From assembly GCA_045106235.1 (NCBI GenBank), contig JBGCEJ010000021.1:20893-84892 (forward strand): 64,000 nt of DNA, in the 5' to 3' direction. Of this stretch, positions 53,451-61,925 are shown in pieces (the stretch's first letter is position 1; each line of letters begins with the position of its first letter). A model generated the notes under the pieces. That model was not told the origin of the DNA. It made no database searches and saw only the letters and a program-made list of their open reading frames with translations. The position numbers were made by a program, and so were the translations under genes. This DNA comes from Myxococcota bacterium. GTDB taxonomy: Bacteria; Myxococcota_A; UBA9160; UBA4427.

Positions 53451-54107
53451 CTAGTTATCCCAGCGCTCGCCGCCCCGGTTGCGGCGATCGTTCCGGTCAC
53501 GGCTCTCTCGAGCGCGATCGCTGAGCCAGTCCTTGTGATCTCCTCGACGATTGATGCGGTCGCCTCTGCGATCCTGGCGCTGGTTATTGTTCTTGGCGAA
53601 CCGCTTCCCACCCCGGTGACCATGTCGCGCATGGTGCTTCAGGTTGTGCCGCTTCTGATGCCGCCGGTTGACCCGGTTGTCATGATGGCCGCAATTCCGC
53701 GAATGCCGATGCTGTCGCAGATTCTGGCGCGCCTGTCGGAGGCGCCGGTCGCCCTTGCGATCGAGGCGCCGCTCGATGCGGTCCCCCGTGCGATCGAGGG
53801 CATGAGCCAGGCGCCGGTCCCCGTTGGCGGAGGCCAGGATGGCGAGGCCATCAAGATGCAGATCGATGATTGCGCCCTGCTGGTCGAGCCGACGGTTGTC
53901 TCGGCGCGCCTTTCGAACCTGCTGTCGTTGGTTGCCGCGATCGACGTGATGTCGGGCGTGGTGGCCATTGCGGACATTATGGTCGTGGTTATGACCGCGA
54001 TGTCCATGGCGGTCTCCTGCCTGGGCACTTCCGGCGAAGACAAGCCCGCCGGCGAGCAAGGCGCCGATCGTCCAATTCATCCAATGATTGTTTTTAGTTG
54101 CCATCAT
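53451..54107 (-). CDS. secreted His/Arg/Asp/Asn-rich low-complexity protein
   Basis: ORF 53451..54146. Start at ATGATG 54107 after GGAGGAAGAGG. Signal peptide 'WTIGALLAGGLVFAGSAQA'. The mature part is dominated by H, R, D and N (e.g. GDRHGHRGHNHDHNVRNGHHARHH), with a short ordered-looking core (IIDLHLDGLAILASANG). Confidence 0.75.
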   Translation of the reverse strand: MMATKNNHWMNWTIGALLAGGLVFAGSAQAGDRHGHRGHNHDHNVRNGHHARHHVDRGNQRQQVRKARRDNRRLDQQGAIIDLHLDGLAILASANGDRRLAHALDRTGDRIERRLDRKGDRRLRQARQNLRQHRHSRNCGHHDNRVNRRHQKRHNLKHHARHGHRGGKRFAKNNNQRQDRRGDRINRRGDHKDWLSDRARESRDRNDRRNRGGERWDN

Positions 54108-54248
54108 TTCCTCTTCCTCCGTGGGCTCATTTACTGAGCGGTTCACAGGGAGTGAGACGAAACGAGGCCCTCCGAGTTCCTTCCCTCGGGGATTTTAGGG
54201 CCTTTGGGCCGGCCCTTTCAGTCACGCAACTTTTTGGGAGATGACCTT

Positions 54249-55424
54249 TTAGGCAGGGCCGATTACGAGCGTGCCGTTATGTCCGCCGAAGCCAAAGGAA
54301 TTGGAAAGCGAAGGTCCTGGTTCCCAGGCTCGGGCTTCCTTCTGGACCACGTCGATGGCCGGGAGTTCCGGATCGAAGTTCTCGAGGCCGTCCGTCGGCG
54401 GGATCAGGCGATGCTGCATGCTCAGAACAACGGCCGCAGCTTCCATTGCGCCCGCGGCGCCCAGCGAATGCCCCGTGACGCCCTTGATTGACGTCACGAT
54501 GGGCCCGGGCGTCCCGAAGAGCGCCGCGATGCCGAGCGCTTCGGCGGCGTCGTTGAGGGGCGTGCTCGTACCGTGCGCGTTCACGTGGGCCACGTCGCTG
54601 GCCGCGATGCCCGCATCTTCCAGGGCGCGGGCCATGCAGCGCACCGCACCCGTTCCGCCCGGCGCGGGGGCCGTGATGTGGTGGGCATCGGCAACGCTCG
54701 CTGACCCGAGCAGCTCGCCGAGGATGGTGGCGCCGCGGGCCTCGGCCAGGCTCCATTCCTCGAGCACGAGGGTGCCCGCACCTTCCGAGATGACGAAACC
54801 GTCGCGGGCTGCGTCGAAGGGGCGGGAGCGCCCGGCGGGCGACATCGCCTTCATGTTTCCGAAGGCGCTAACGGCGATCGGGCTCATGCCCGCTTCGGCG
54901 CCACCGGCGAGGGCTGCGTCGCAGATTCCCCACTGAATCCAGCGGGCGGCTTGACCGATCGCATGGGTGCCCGTCGCGCAAGCCGTGGACACGGTTTCAC
55001 AGGGCCCTTGGAATCCATGCTCGATCGAAACTGCGGCCGCCCCGGCATTCGCCATCATCATGGGAATCGTGAAGGGCGAGACGCGTCGGCTGCCCTTTTC
55101 GTTGAGGATCAAGGTTTGATCTTCGTGGGTGATTACGCCGCCGATGCCCGTGCCGATCATGACGCCGATGCGCTCGGGATCCGCGCTGAGCGCGCCCGAC
55201 TGAGCGAGGGCTTCTTGAGACGCCGCCACGGCGAACTGCTCAAAGCGGTCGGCACGCCGGATGGCCTTCGGTTCCTTGTAGAAATCCTTCGGATCAAAAT
55301 CGTGAGCGCGGCGTTCGCCTTCTGGTTGGGGCGCATTCAGGCCTTTCCAGAAAGCGTCGCGGCCCGTTCCGACCGGTGAAACGACTCCGACTCCTGTGAT
55401 TGCGACGCGACGTTTTTCACTCAT
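54249..55424 (-). CDS. fabF: beta-ketoacyl-ACP synthase II
   Basis: 391 aa. 'RVAITGVGVVSPVG', active-site Cys 'VSTACATGTHAIG', and His motifs 'NAHGTSTPLND' and 'KGVTGHSLGAAG'. Confidence 0.88.
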   Translation of the reverse strand: MSEKRRVAITGVGVVSPVGTGRDAFWKGLNAPQPEGERRAHDFDPKDFYKEPKAIRRADRFEQFAVAASQEALAQSGALSADPERIGVMIGTGIGGVITHEDQTLILNEKGSRRVSPFTIPMMMANAGAAAVSIEHGFQGPCETVSTACATGTHAIGQAARWIQWGICDAALAGGAEAGMSPIAVSAFGNMKAMSPAGRSRPFDAARDGFVISEGAGTLVLEEWSLAEARGATILGELLGSASVADAHHITAPAPGGTGAVRCMARALEDAGIAASDVAHVNAHGTSTPLNDAAEALGIAALFGTPGPIVTSIKGVTGHSLGAAGAMEAAAVVLSMQHRLIPPTDGLENFDPELPAIDVVQKEARAWEPGPSLSNSFGFGGHNGTLVIGPA

Positions 55425-55473
55425 CTCTGTTCGGTGCCCTTGTTCGAAATGATGTTAGGTCTCTTTGCGTAGC

Positions 55474-56406
55474 TCATCGGACCTTCTTCCCCCAGCGCAG
55501 CAGGGCGCTCGACCACGTCATACCCGCGCCGAAGCCCACGAGGAGAACGAGGTCGCCCTGTTGGACTCGACCCTGGTCGAGCGCATCGACGAGAGCGAGG
55601 GGGATCGACGCCGAAGAGGTATTGCCCGTGCGATGGAGCACGGTGGCAGCGCGCTCGCGCTCGATCCCGAGACGATCGCAGGCGGCCTGGATAATCCGGA
55701 TATTCGCCTGGTGAGGCACGATGAGTTTGATCTCGTCCGGTCGGACCTTGGCGCGGTCGAGTGTTCGTGTGGCTGAGTCGACCATGACCCGAACGGCGCG
55801 CTTGAACACCTCGCGACCGTCCATCTCAATTGCTCCACCGACCTCCGCCTTCAAGATCGTCGCTGCCGAGCCGTCGAGGCCCAAATCCCAGGCGAGGAGT
55901 TCGCCTTCGTCGGGCACCGCTTCTAGGACCAAGGCGCCGCCGCCATCCCCAAAGAGCACCGCCGTATTGCGATCCTCCCAATTCGTAATCCGGCTGAGCG
56001 TCTCCGCCCCAATCAAGAGTGCACGCTTCGCGCCCGTTGAGAGCAGGCTATGTGCGGTCACGATGCCGTAGGTGTAGCCGGCGCATGCCGCGTTGAGGTC
56101 GAATGCCCCACCCGATAGCCCGAGAGCATGGTGCACGCTCGATGAGGTCGCGGGCACGGTTTGGTCGGGTGTCGTTGTGGCCAGGACGAGCAGGTTGATG
56201 GTTGCGGGGTCGACGCCTGCGTGCTCGATCGCGGCTCGACCGGCGGCGATCGCAAGTGCGCCCGTTGAATCGCCGATGCGCCGTTCGCGAATTCCGCTGC
56301 GTTCCTGGATCCACTGGTCGCTGGTATCGAGGGTTTTCTCAAGGTCAGCGTTGGTCACGACCTTGTCCGGCAATGCCGTGCCCCAACCGATGATTCTTGT
56401 GCCCAT
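55474..56406 (-). CDS. fabH: beta-ketoacyl-ACP synthase III
   Basis: ORF 55474..56427. Start at ATG 56406 (MGTRIIGWGTALP). 'NAACAGYTYG', 'VPHQANIRII' and 'GNTSSASIPLAL'. Confidence 0.9.
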   Translation of the reverse strand: MGTRIIGWGTALPDKVVTNADLEKTLDTSDQWIQERSGIRERRIGDSTGALAIAAGRAAIEHAGVDPATINLLVLATTTPDQTVPATSSSVHHALGLSGGAFDLNAACAGYTYGIVTAHSLLSTGAKRALLIGAETLSRITNWEDRNTAVLFGDGGGALVLEAVPDEGELLAWDLGLDGSAATILKAEVGGAIEMDGREVFKRAVRVMVDSATRTLDRAKVRPDEIKLIVPHQANIRIIQAACDRLGIERERAATVLHRTGNTSSASIPLALVDALDQGRVQQGDLVLLVGFGAGMTWSSALLRWGKKVR

Positions 56407-56723
56407 TCTGCTCCCCGCTCCGTGCACGCAGCCTCGCCGCGGATCTCCGCGTGCGGCGCTCAGCGCTGCGATCTAGACGATGGCTTCCGGGTGAATCGGG
56501 GGGATCGGAAGCGGCCATCGACAACTGCTGCAGAAGCGCCAGCGAACGCCACAGCGTCGCATCACCCCGCCCCGCAGTTGTACCATACGCCCACAGCTGG
56601 AGCAGGCGAATCGTCCGACGCCCACCCACATCGCGTCCACCGTCCACCGCCGCCCGCAGCGAAAAACGCATCACACCCGCGGCAGCTAGCGCGGAGCGCT
56701 ACCACAAGGAAAGCGCCCGCGGC

Positions 56724-56748
56724 GTCTGGTAGAGCTCTGCTCTACCAG
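56724..56748 (-). other. perfect 11-bp stem / 3-nt loop hairpin spanning the DUF1232 gene stop codon
   Basis: The - strand reads TCTGGTAGAGC-AGA-GCTCTACCAGA. The TAG stop (56742-56744) sits inside the 5' arm. No U-tract follows. Confidence 0.6.
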
Positions 56749-57290
56749 AGTGAAATAGGCGACCTGCCCTTGCTGCGTGCATGGCGCTCGCGGTCGCCGC
56801 GTCGCCGTCGTCGCATGCGTCCCTGGAGCGAGTCTCGTCGCTTCTCAAGCACGTCTTCCGAGGATTGCTTGGCCTTCTTCTTGTCCTTTCGGAACTCAAC
56901 GAAGGCATCGAAGGCTTCGATTTCATGCTTCAGGTCTCGAACGACCAGTTCGACCATGATCGCATCATCGAGGTAACCGAGGCCGGGCACGCGATCGGGG
57001 ATCAGGTCATCGGGATCGGCGAAGTAGGCGAGCGCATTGAGGACGCGCTTTCGGTCAGCACCTTCGAGTCGCCAATCGTCATCTTCGAGCATTTGGATCA
57101 GCTTCGTGAGCTGGGCGATTCGCTCCTGTACGAATTGCGGCGCATTGGTCTTCTTGACCTCGTCCAGCAGGCCAAGGGATTCGCGCAGAATCACGTCTTC
57201 TTTTTGCGCGCTGCGTCCCTTGCGGACCTTCTGGAGGACTTGGCGGAAGTACCGGAGATCTTTGTCGCTGAGCTCGAATGAAATCTTCAT
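56742..57290 (-). CDS. DUF1232 (YkvA-like) domain protein
   Basis: ORF 56742..57392. Start at ATG 57290 (MKISFELSDKDL). 'ALAYFADPDDLIPDRVPGLGYLDDAIMVELV' is the DUF1232 signature. Confidence 0.75.
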   Translation of the reverse strand: MKISFELSDKDLRYFRQVLQKVRKGRSAQKEDVILRESLGLLDEVKKTNAPQFVQERIAQLTKLIQMLEDDDWRLEGADRKRVLNALAYFADPDDLIPDRVPGLGYLDDAIMVELVVRDLKHEIEAFDAFVEFRKDKKKAKQSSEDVLEKRRDSLQGRMRRRRRGDRERHARSKGRSPISLW

Positions 57291-57458
57291 AGGCCTTAGT
57301 CTAACCGAAAAACGGCAGTGCGTGCGCGCAAAAAAAGCCGGGCGAGCCGCCTCCGCGGGTGCGGCAGCGCGGGTTCCGAGCCCCGAAACCATGGGTTGAG
57401 GCCCGAATTCGAGGCCTGCTCGAGACCGGGAGGCGGGGCGCGGTCGGACGCGGCCGGG

Positions 57459-57482
57459 CGGGGATGTGCGGGGATGTGCGGG
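57459..57482 (+). repeat. tandem 10-mer GGGGATGTGC (2.4 copies), G-tract cluster
   Basis: GGGGATGTGC GGGGATGTGC GGGG, preceded by GGGc. It lies 19 nt outside the stop of the 1001-aa gene. Confidence 0.7.
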
Positions 57483-57500
57483 GCTGAGCCCGCTGCAGAA

Positions 57501-60500
57501 CTAGCGCTGCGCCCGCGCCTGTTGAACGAGTCTCGGAATCACCTGGCCGGCTCCCGGCGGCGGTGGGCCCAGAGACCGGGCGAGGGCCAGGGATCGAGTG
57601 ATGAGCTGGGGCCGGATCCGTCGGCGCTGGGCGACTTGGTCGAGCGCCGCCCAGGCAATCTTGAGCTCGCCCGCGCGTGCCCCCGCCTTTGCGCGCATGA
57701 AATAGTGATCGGGGGTGCGCTGGCGGGTCAGTAGGCGATCGATGAGGACGAGGGCTTCTCGTCCCTGCTCAGCGTCGCCTATCTCGATTCGCCAGGCCGT
57801 TCTAGCGCGGTACACACCATCAAAGAGGAGGTCTCCGGGCTGGATCTGGGCCAGTTCTCCGTCGATTGCGCGAAGTCCCGCCCAATCGGACTCGGCCATG
57901 CGTTCACTTGCTTTGAGGGCGGCCTGTTCTCGGGGAGAGAGGGAGGCAGGGTCGAGCTCGCCTCCGGCGTAGCTCGCGATCAGGCCCGCTCGAGCGCTCG
58001 GCTGCGCGGGATCGATTGCGAGGGCTTCTCTGAATTGGGCTTGGGCACGCTTCACTCGGCCGCCGTCCATCAAGAACCAGCCCTGGGTCGCCAAGCGGGC
58101 CGCTGGGCTCAGTCTTTGGAGCAGCGACTGCGCGCGCTGTCGCTCGCCGTTCCAGGTCATGCGGCGCAGCACGGCGGCTGCTTCGACCGCCGCGAGACGC
58201 TCCGGACTGAAGACCTCCACCGCGGCGAGGCTCGTGTCGAATGCTTGGCGATTGGTCTGTGCTTCAGAAGGAGGGAGGCGCGTGGTGGCGAGCCGGTTGT
58301 GATCGTCTGTGTTGAGCGGACTGTTTTCGGAAAGCTGGCCCACGCCAACGCTGTCGAGAGACCAGCTGGCGAGGAAATCCTCGACGCGGTGGATGCCGTA
58401 GATGCTGAATGAGTCGGGTGCTGCCGCGAGAGCGCGGGGAGCGGATTCAAGGAGGTCGATGGGTTCATCCGAGGCCATGAAAACGAGGGCGGCGGGGACC
58501 GGCCGGTAGACATGGACGTAGGGGAAGACCTCGGTCATCGAAGCCATCAGGCTGCCGAAGAGATTCACGTCGACGAAGCCCGCACCAATCCACTGGATGA
58601 AGATGCCACCCTTGTTCAGCTTGGAATGCGTCAGTTCGAAAAACTCACGCGTATAAAGGTGGGACGCGCCGGAGGTCCAAGGATGCGACGGCTGTGAAAC
58701 GATCGCGTCGTAGGTTTTCTTCGAAAGGTTCATCGCGCCGCGGGCATCGCCGAGTCGCAGCGTGACCCGGGGATCGTCGAGGGGCTTGGTCGGGCGAGGG
58801 ATGAGCCGATTCGCGGTGACGACTTCCTCTTCGAGCTCGATGACGTCGATGGATTCAACGCTCGAGGCGGTCGCCTCAAGGGTCTTTGCCCCGCCGAGGC
58901 CGATGATCAGCATCTCTTTGGTTTCGGGACGAGCGGCGGTCGGGAGCAGCGAGAGCCATGCGGTCTCGTTGAAGCGGAGATCCGGGACTTCAGCGCGCTC
59001 GACGCCGGATTCGGGAAGGCCGTTCGTGAGCAGTCGCCAGCCGGTCGCGTGCTCGACGACGGTGACCGTGGCGGAGCGTCCAACCCCGAGATAGTAGAGC
59101 TCGCCGTTGATGCGGGTGCCTGAAATCGCCGAATGCATGAGCAGACCGATCGGGCGAGGCAGGCCGACGACGAGGGCGAGGGCCAAGGCGGCGACGGCGA
59201 TGCCGGCGAGGACGGCGCGCCGGGGTGCGGCGAACCAGGCCGCGGCGGCGGCGAGGAGCAGGCTGGTCACGACGCCGACGGTCGCTGTGTTCTCGAGGCC
59301 AATCAGGGGGAGGAGGAAGAAGCCGGCGAGGATCGCGCCGATGATCGAGCCAACGGTGTTCCAGGCGTAGACGCGTCCACTGACCGCGGCGGCTTCATCG
59401 GCGTCCTGGGCTAGGAGGCGGACAGCGAAAGGAAAGGTGGCGCCGATGCAGAGCGTGACCGGGAGGAGCACGATGCCTGCGGCGGCGGCGCCGGGGGCAG
59501 GGGCCGCGGGAGACGCGCCGACGGCCTGGGCGAGTGTGGGAAGGAGGTCGCTTGCTCGGAAGGCGATCCAAGCGAGGACGCCGATGCCGAGTTGGACGAG
59601 CGCGAAGCCGCGGGCGGCGGCTTCGCGGGTGGTGGCGAAGCGAGAGGCGAGGGCGCTGCCGAGTGCGATGCCGAGGAGGAAGCTCGAGAGCATCGAAGCG
59701 AAGGCTGCGGTGCTGCCGCCAAGGACCTGGCCGAGGAGCCGCGTCCAGAGCACTTCGTAAAGGAAGGAGACCGCACCCGAAGCCGTCATGGCGGGGAGGA
59801 TCCAGTGGAAGCCGCCGCTGGTTTGGGGCTTGGCTTCGTCTTCGGGCGGCATGCCTGCGAGACCGCGTGCGAGCGCGGCCGCGGCGAGGAAGACGACGGC
59901 GTTCCCTGCGATGCCGATGTACACGGTTTGGCGGAGTCCGAACTCCGGCAGGAAGACAAAGGCGGCGACGAGCGTGCCGGCAATGGCGCCGAACGTGTTC
60001 ACGGCGTAGAGGATTCCGATCCGCGGACCGACCTGGGCATCTTCAGAGACGGCATAACGAGCGAGCAGAGGGAGGGTCGCTCCCATCAGCGCTGTGCAGG
60101 GGACCAGGACAAGGAACGAGCCGGCGAGGTGGAAGAGCGCAGTGGTGAGCGCCATGGATTCCGGCGGCGCATCGAGACCGCCCGCGAGGCTGAGATAAAC
60201 GCCCTGCACGATCGAAATAAAGAGCGGGACGCAGAGCGCACCAATGGCAATGCCCAGCTCGAGCACGCCGTAGGCGAGAACGGGCCGGGTCAGGCGGCCA
60301 ACGAAGCGGGAGGCGGCTGCGGCGCCGAGTGCGAGGCCGCCCATGTAGGCGGCGAGGACGGCGACGACAGCGAGCTCCGAAGTGCCGAAGAGGAAGGCGA
60401 ATTCCCGGGTCCAGGCCGTCTGGTAGAGGAGCGCTGCGAACCCCGAGACGAAGAAGCAGACCAGTAGTAGAAGGAAGCGGAGATCCATGGGTCTGCTGAG

Positions 60501-60506
60501 ATCCAA
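57501..60506 (-). CDS. fused polytopic (MFS-like) membrane domain / spermidine-synthase-like domain / C-terminal TPR-like region
   Basis: 1001 aa. The N-terminus 'FFVSGFAALLYQTAWTREFAFLFGTSELAVVAVLAAYMGGLALGAA' is the hallmark of the fused MFS/spermidine synthase family. The SpeE-like part is 'MLIIGLGGAKTLEA...IDVIELEEEV...RLGDARGAM...YDAIVSQPSHPW'. The C-terminal ~300 aa are helical-repeat-like. Confidence 0.8.
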   Translation of the reverse strand: MDLSRPMDLRFLLLLVCFFVSGFAALLYQTAWTREFAFLFGTSELAVVAVLAAYMGGLALGAAAASRFVGRLTRPVLAYGVLELGIAIGALCVPLFISIVQGVYLSLAGGLDAPPESMALTTALFHLAGSFLVLVPCTALMGATLPLLARYAVSEDAQVGPRIGILYAVNTFGAIAGTLVAAFVFLPEFGLRQTVYIGIAGNAVVFLAAAALARGLAGMPPEDEAKPQTSGGFHWILPAMTASGAVSFLYEVLWTRLLGQVLGGSTAAFASMLSSFLLGIALGSALASRFATTREAAARGFALVQLGIGVLAWIAFRASDLLPTLAQAVGASPAAPAPGAAAAGIVLLPVTLCIGATFPFAVRLLAQDADEAAAVSGRVYAWNTVGSIIGAILAGFFLLPLIGLENTATVGVVTSLLLAAAAAWFAAPRRAVLAGIAVAALALALVVGLPRPIGLLMHSAISGTRINGELYYLGVGRSATVTVVEHATGWRLLTNGLPESGVERAEVPDLRFNETAWLSLLPTAARPETKEMLIIGLGGAKTLEATASSVESIDVIELEEEVVTANRLIPRPTKPLDDPRVTLRLGDARGAMNLSKKTYDAIVSQPSHPWTSGASHLYTREFFELTHSKLNKGGIFIQWIGAGFVDVNLFGSLMASMTEVFPYVHVYRPVPAALVFMASDEPIDLLESAPRALAAAPDSFSIYGIHRVEDFLASWSLDSVGVGQLSENSPLNTDDHNRLATTRLPPSEAQTNRQAFDTSLAAVEVFSPERLAAVEAAAVLRRMTWNGERQRAQSLLQRLSPAARLATQGWFLMDGGRVKRAQAQFREALAIDPAQPSARAGLIASYAGGELDPASLSPREQAALKASERMAESDWAGLRAIDGELAQIQPGDLLFDGVYRARTAWRIEIGDAEQGREALVLIDRLLTRQRTPDHYFMRAKAGARAGELKIAWAALDQVAQRRRIRPQLITRSLALARSLGPPPPGAGQVIPRLVQQARAQR

Positions 60507-60694
60507 TCAAGCGGCGGAGAGCCGGAAGGTTGCAGGGCGAGCCTGTTTTTTCGTCTTCTCGAATCTGTTGGTTTAGCGCGTCGCTCTCGGGATTGCCGAT
60601 TCAGCCGGTCCAAATGCCGCCGCACTGCGTGTGTTTGACCTATGGCGGAAGAGAGGGGCGAGTGAGGACGCTCTGGCGCGCTGTTGCTGAATGC

Positions 60695-61912
60695 CTACTG
60701 ATTCGTTTTCGGGGGCGCCGCATCGCGCCTGGGCTCAGCGCGCAGGTCACGCGGCAGTCCAAGGCCCCGCTCGCCGATCACGTTGCGCTGAATGTTGGAG
60801 CTGCCCGCGGCGATGCCCGAGGCCAATTCGAAAAGGTATTGGTCGACCCAGTCGGTGTCCGCGGCCGAGGAGGAAACGGAGTCCCAGGTCGAACGGGTGG
60901 GAGCCAGGAGGCCGTCGCTGCCGATCAAATCGAAGCCGAGCTGCGCGATGCGCTCACCGATCTCGGTCCCAAAGAGTTTGTTGACGAGGAGCGGCAGCAT
61001 CACGAGCGCGTCCTCGTCCCGAGCTGCGGCGCTCAGTTGGCGCATCGTCATGGTCTCGGCGCATCGGACTTCCCCTTCCAGCGCCGCGAGCTGCTGACGG
61101 ATCACGGGATCTTCGGTCGCGGGGCGGCCATTTCTCTGCGTCTCCTTTGCGAGCGCGAGCAGCGCGCTGAAGCGCTGCCGCAGTCGCGGTCCGCCGCCGA
61201 GGCTGCGCTCGTATTTCAGGTTCGCCCGCGCGACGCGCCAGCCTTCTCCACGCCCGCCGACGATCCAGTCGGCGGGCGTGCGCACATTGTCAAAGAAGAC
61301 TTCGAAGAAATGCGTCGCGCCCGTGATTTGCCGCAGGGGCCGGACGTCAATGCCGGGCTGATCCATCTCAAGCAGGAGATAAGAGATGCCCGCGTGCTTA
61401 TCCGCCTCGGGCTCCGTGCGGAACATGCCGAACATGAAACCGGCATGATCGGCATCGCTGGTCCAGATTTTCTGTCCGTTGATGACCCACTCGTCTCCGT
61501 CGAGATGAGCGGTGCTTCGCAGTGAAGCGAGGTCGCTTCCTGCGCCGGGTTCGCTGTACGCCTGACACCATACAGCGTCACCTAGGAGCGTGGGCGGAAT
61601 GAAACGTTCGCGCTGGGCGTCACTGCCTGCTTCGAGCAGAGTTGGGACTAGCATTCCCACATTCTGCGGCCCGAGCCGCCAGCCCCAAGGGAAGGGATGG
61701 GCGTCGAAGCATTCAGAGACGATGGTGTCGAGGATGGGGTCGAAGGGTTGCTCAGAGCCGCCGAATCGTTTCGGGATATGGCGATAGATATACCCCTGCC
61801 CGGTGGCTTCTTGAAGGAAGGTCTTTCGCGGAAGATCCTTGGGAAGGCCCTCGAGAAAGCGCAGAATATCAGCGCGGAGATCTTCGTATTGCGGTCCGTA
61901 ATCAAGTTCCAT
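60695..61912 (-). CDS. acyl-CoA dehydrogenase family protein
   Basis: 405 aa. 'QAYSEPGAGSDLASL', 'INGQKIWTS' and the C-terminal 'AAGSSNIQRNVIGERGLGLPR' are typical FadE-type motifs. Confidence 0.88.
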   Translation of the reverse strand: MELDYGPQYEDLRADILRFLEGLPKDLPRKTFLQEATGQGYIYRHIPKRFGGSEQPFDPILDTIVSECFDAHPFPWGWRLGPQNVGMLVPTLLEAGSDAQRERFIPPTLLGDAVWCQAYSEPGAGSDLASLRSTAHLDGDEWVINGQKIWTSDADHAGFMFGMFRTEPEADKHAGISYLLLEMDQPGIDVRPLRQITGATHFFEVFFDNVRTPADWIVGGRGEGWRVARANLKYERSLGGGPRLRQRFSALLALAKETQRNGRPATEDPVIRQQLAALEGEVRCAETMTMRQLSAAARDEDALVMLPLLVNKLFGTEIGERIAQLGFDLIGSDGLLAPTRSTWDSVSSSAADTDWVDQYLFELASGIAAGSSNIQRNVIGERGLGLPRDLRAEPRRDAAPPKTNQ

Positions 61913-61925
61913 GGATCGTCTCTCC

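Noticed and set aside
54197-54216. Palindrome GGGCCGGCCC with flanking AGGGCC/GGCCCT arms between fabF and the His-rich gene.
   Set aside because: It could be a terminator for fabF or an operator, but there is no U-tract on the - strand and the stems are short. It is noted only.
56422-56976. 184-aa + strand ORF and 109-aa - strand ORF (56345..56674) in the fabH/DUF1232 spacer.
   Set aside because: Both are low-complexity. The + strand ORF overlaps the DUF1232 gene in antisense. Third-position GC is poorer than in the alternative small Cys-rich frame, which I reported separately as tentative.
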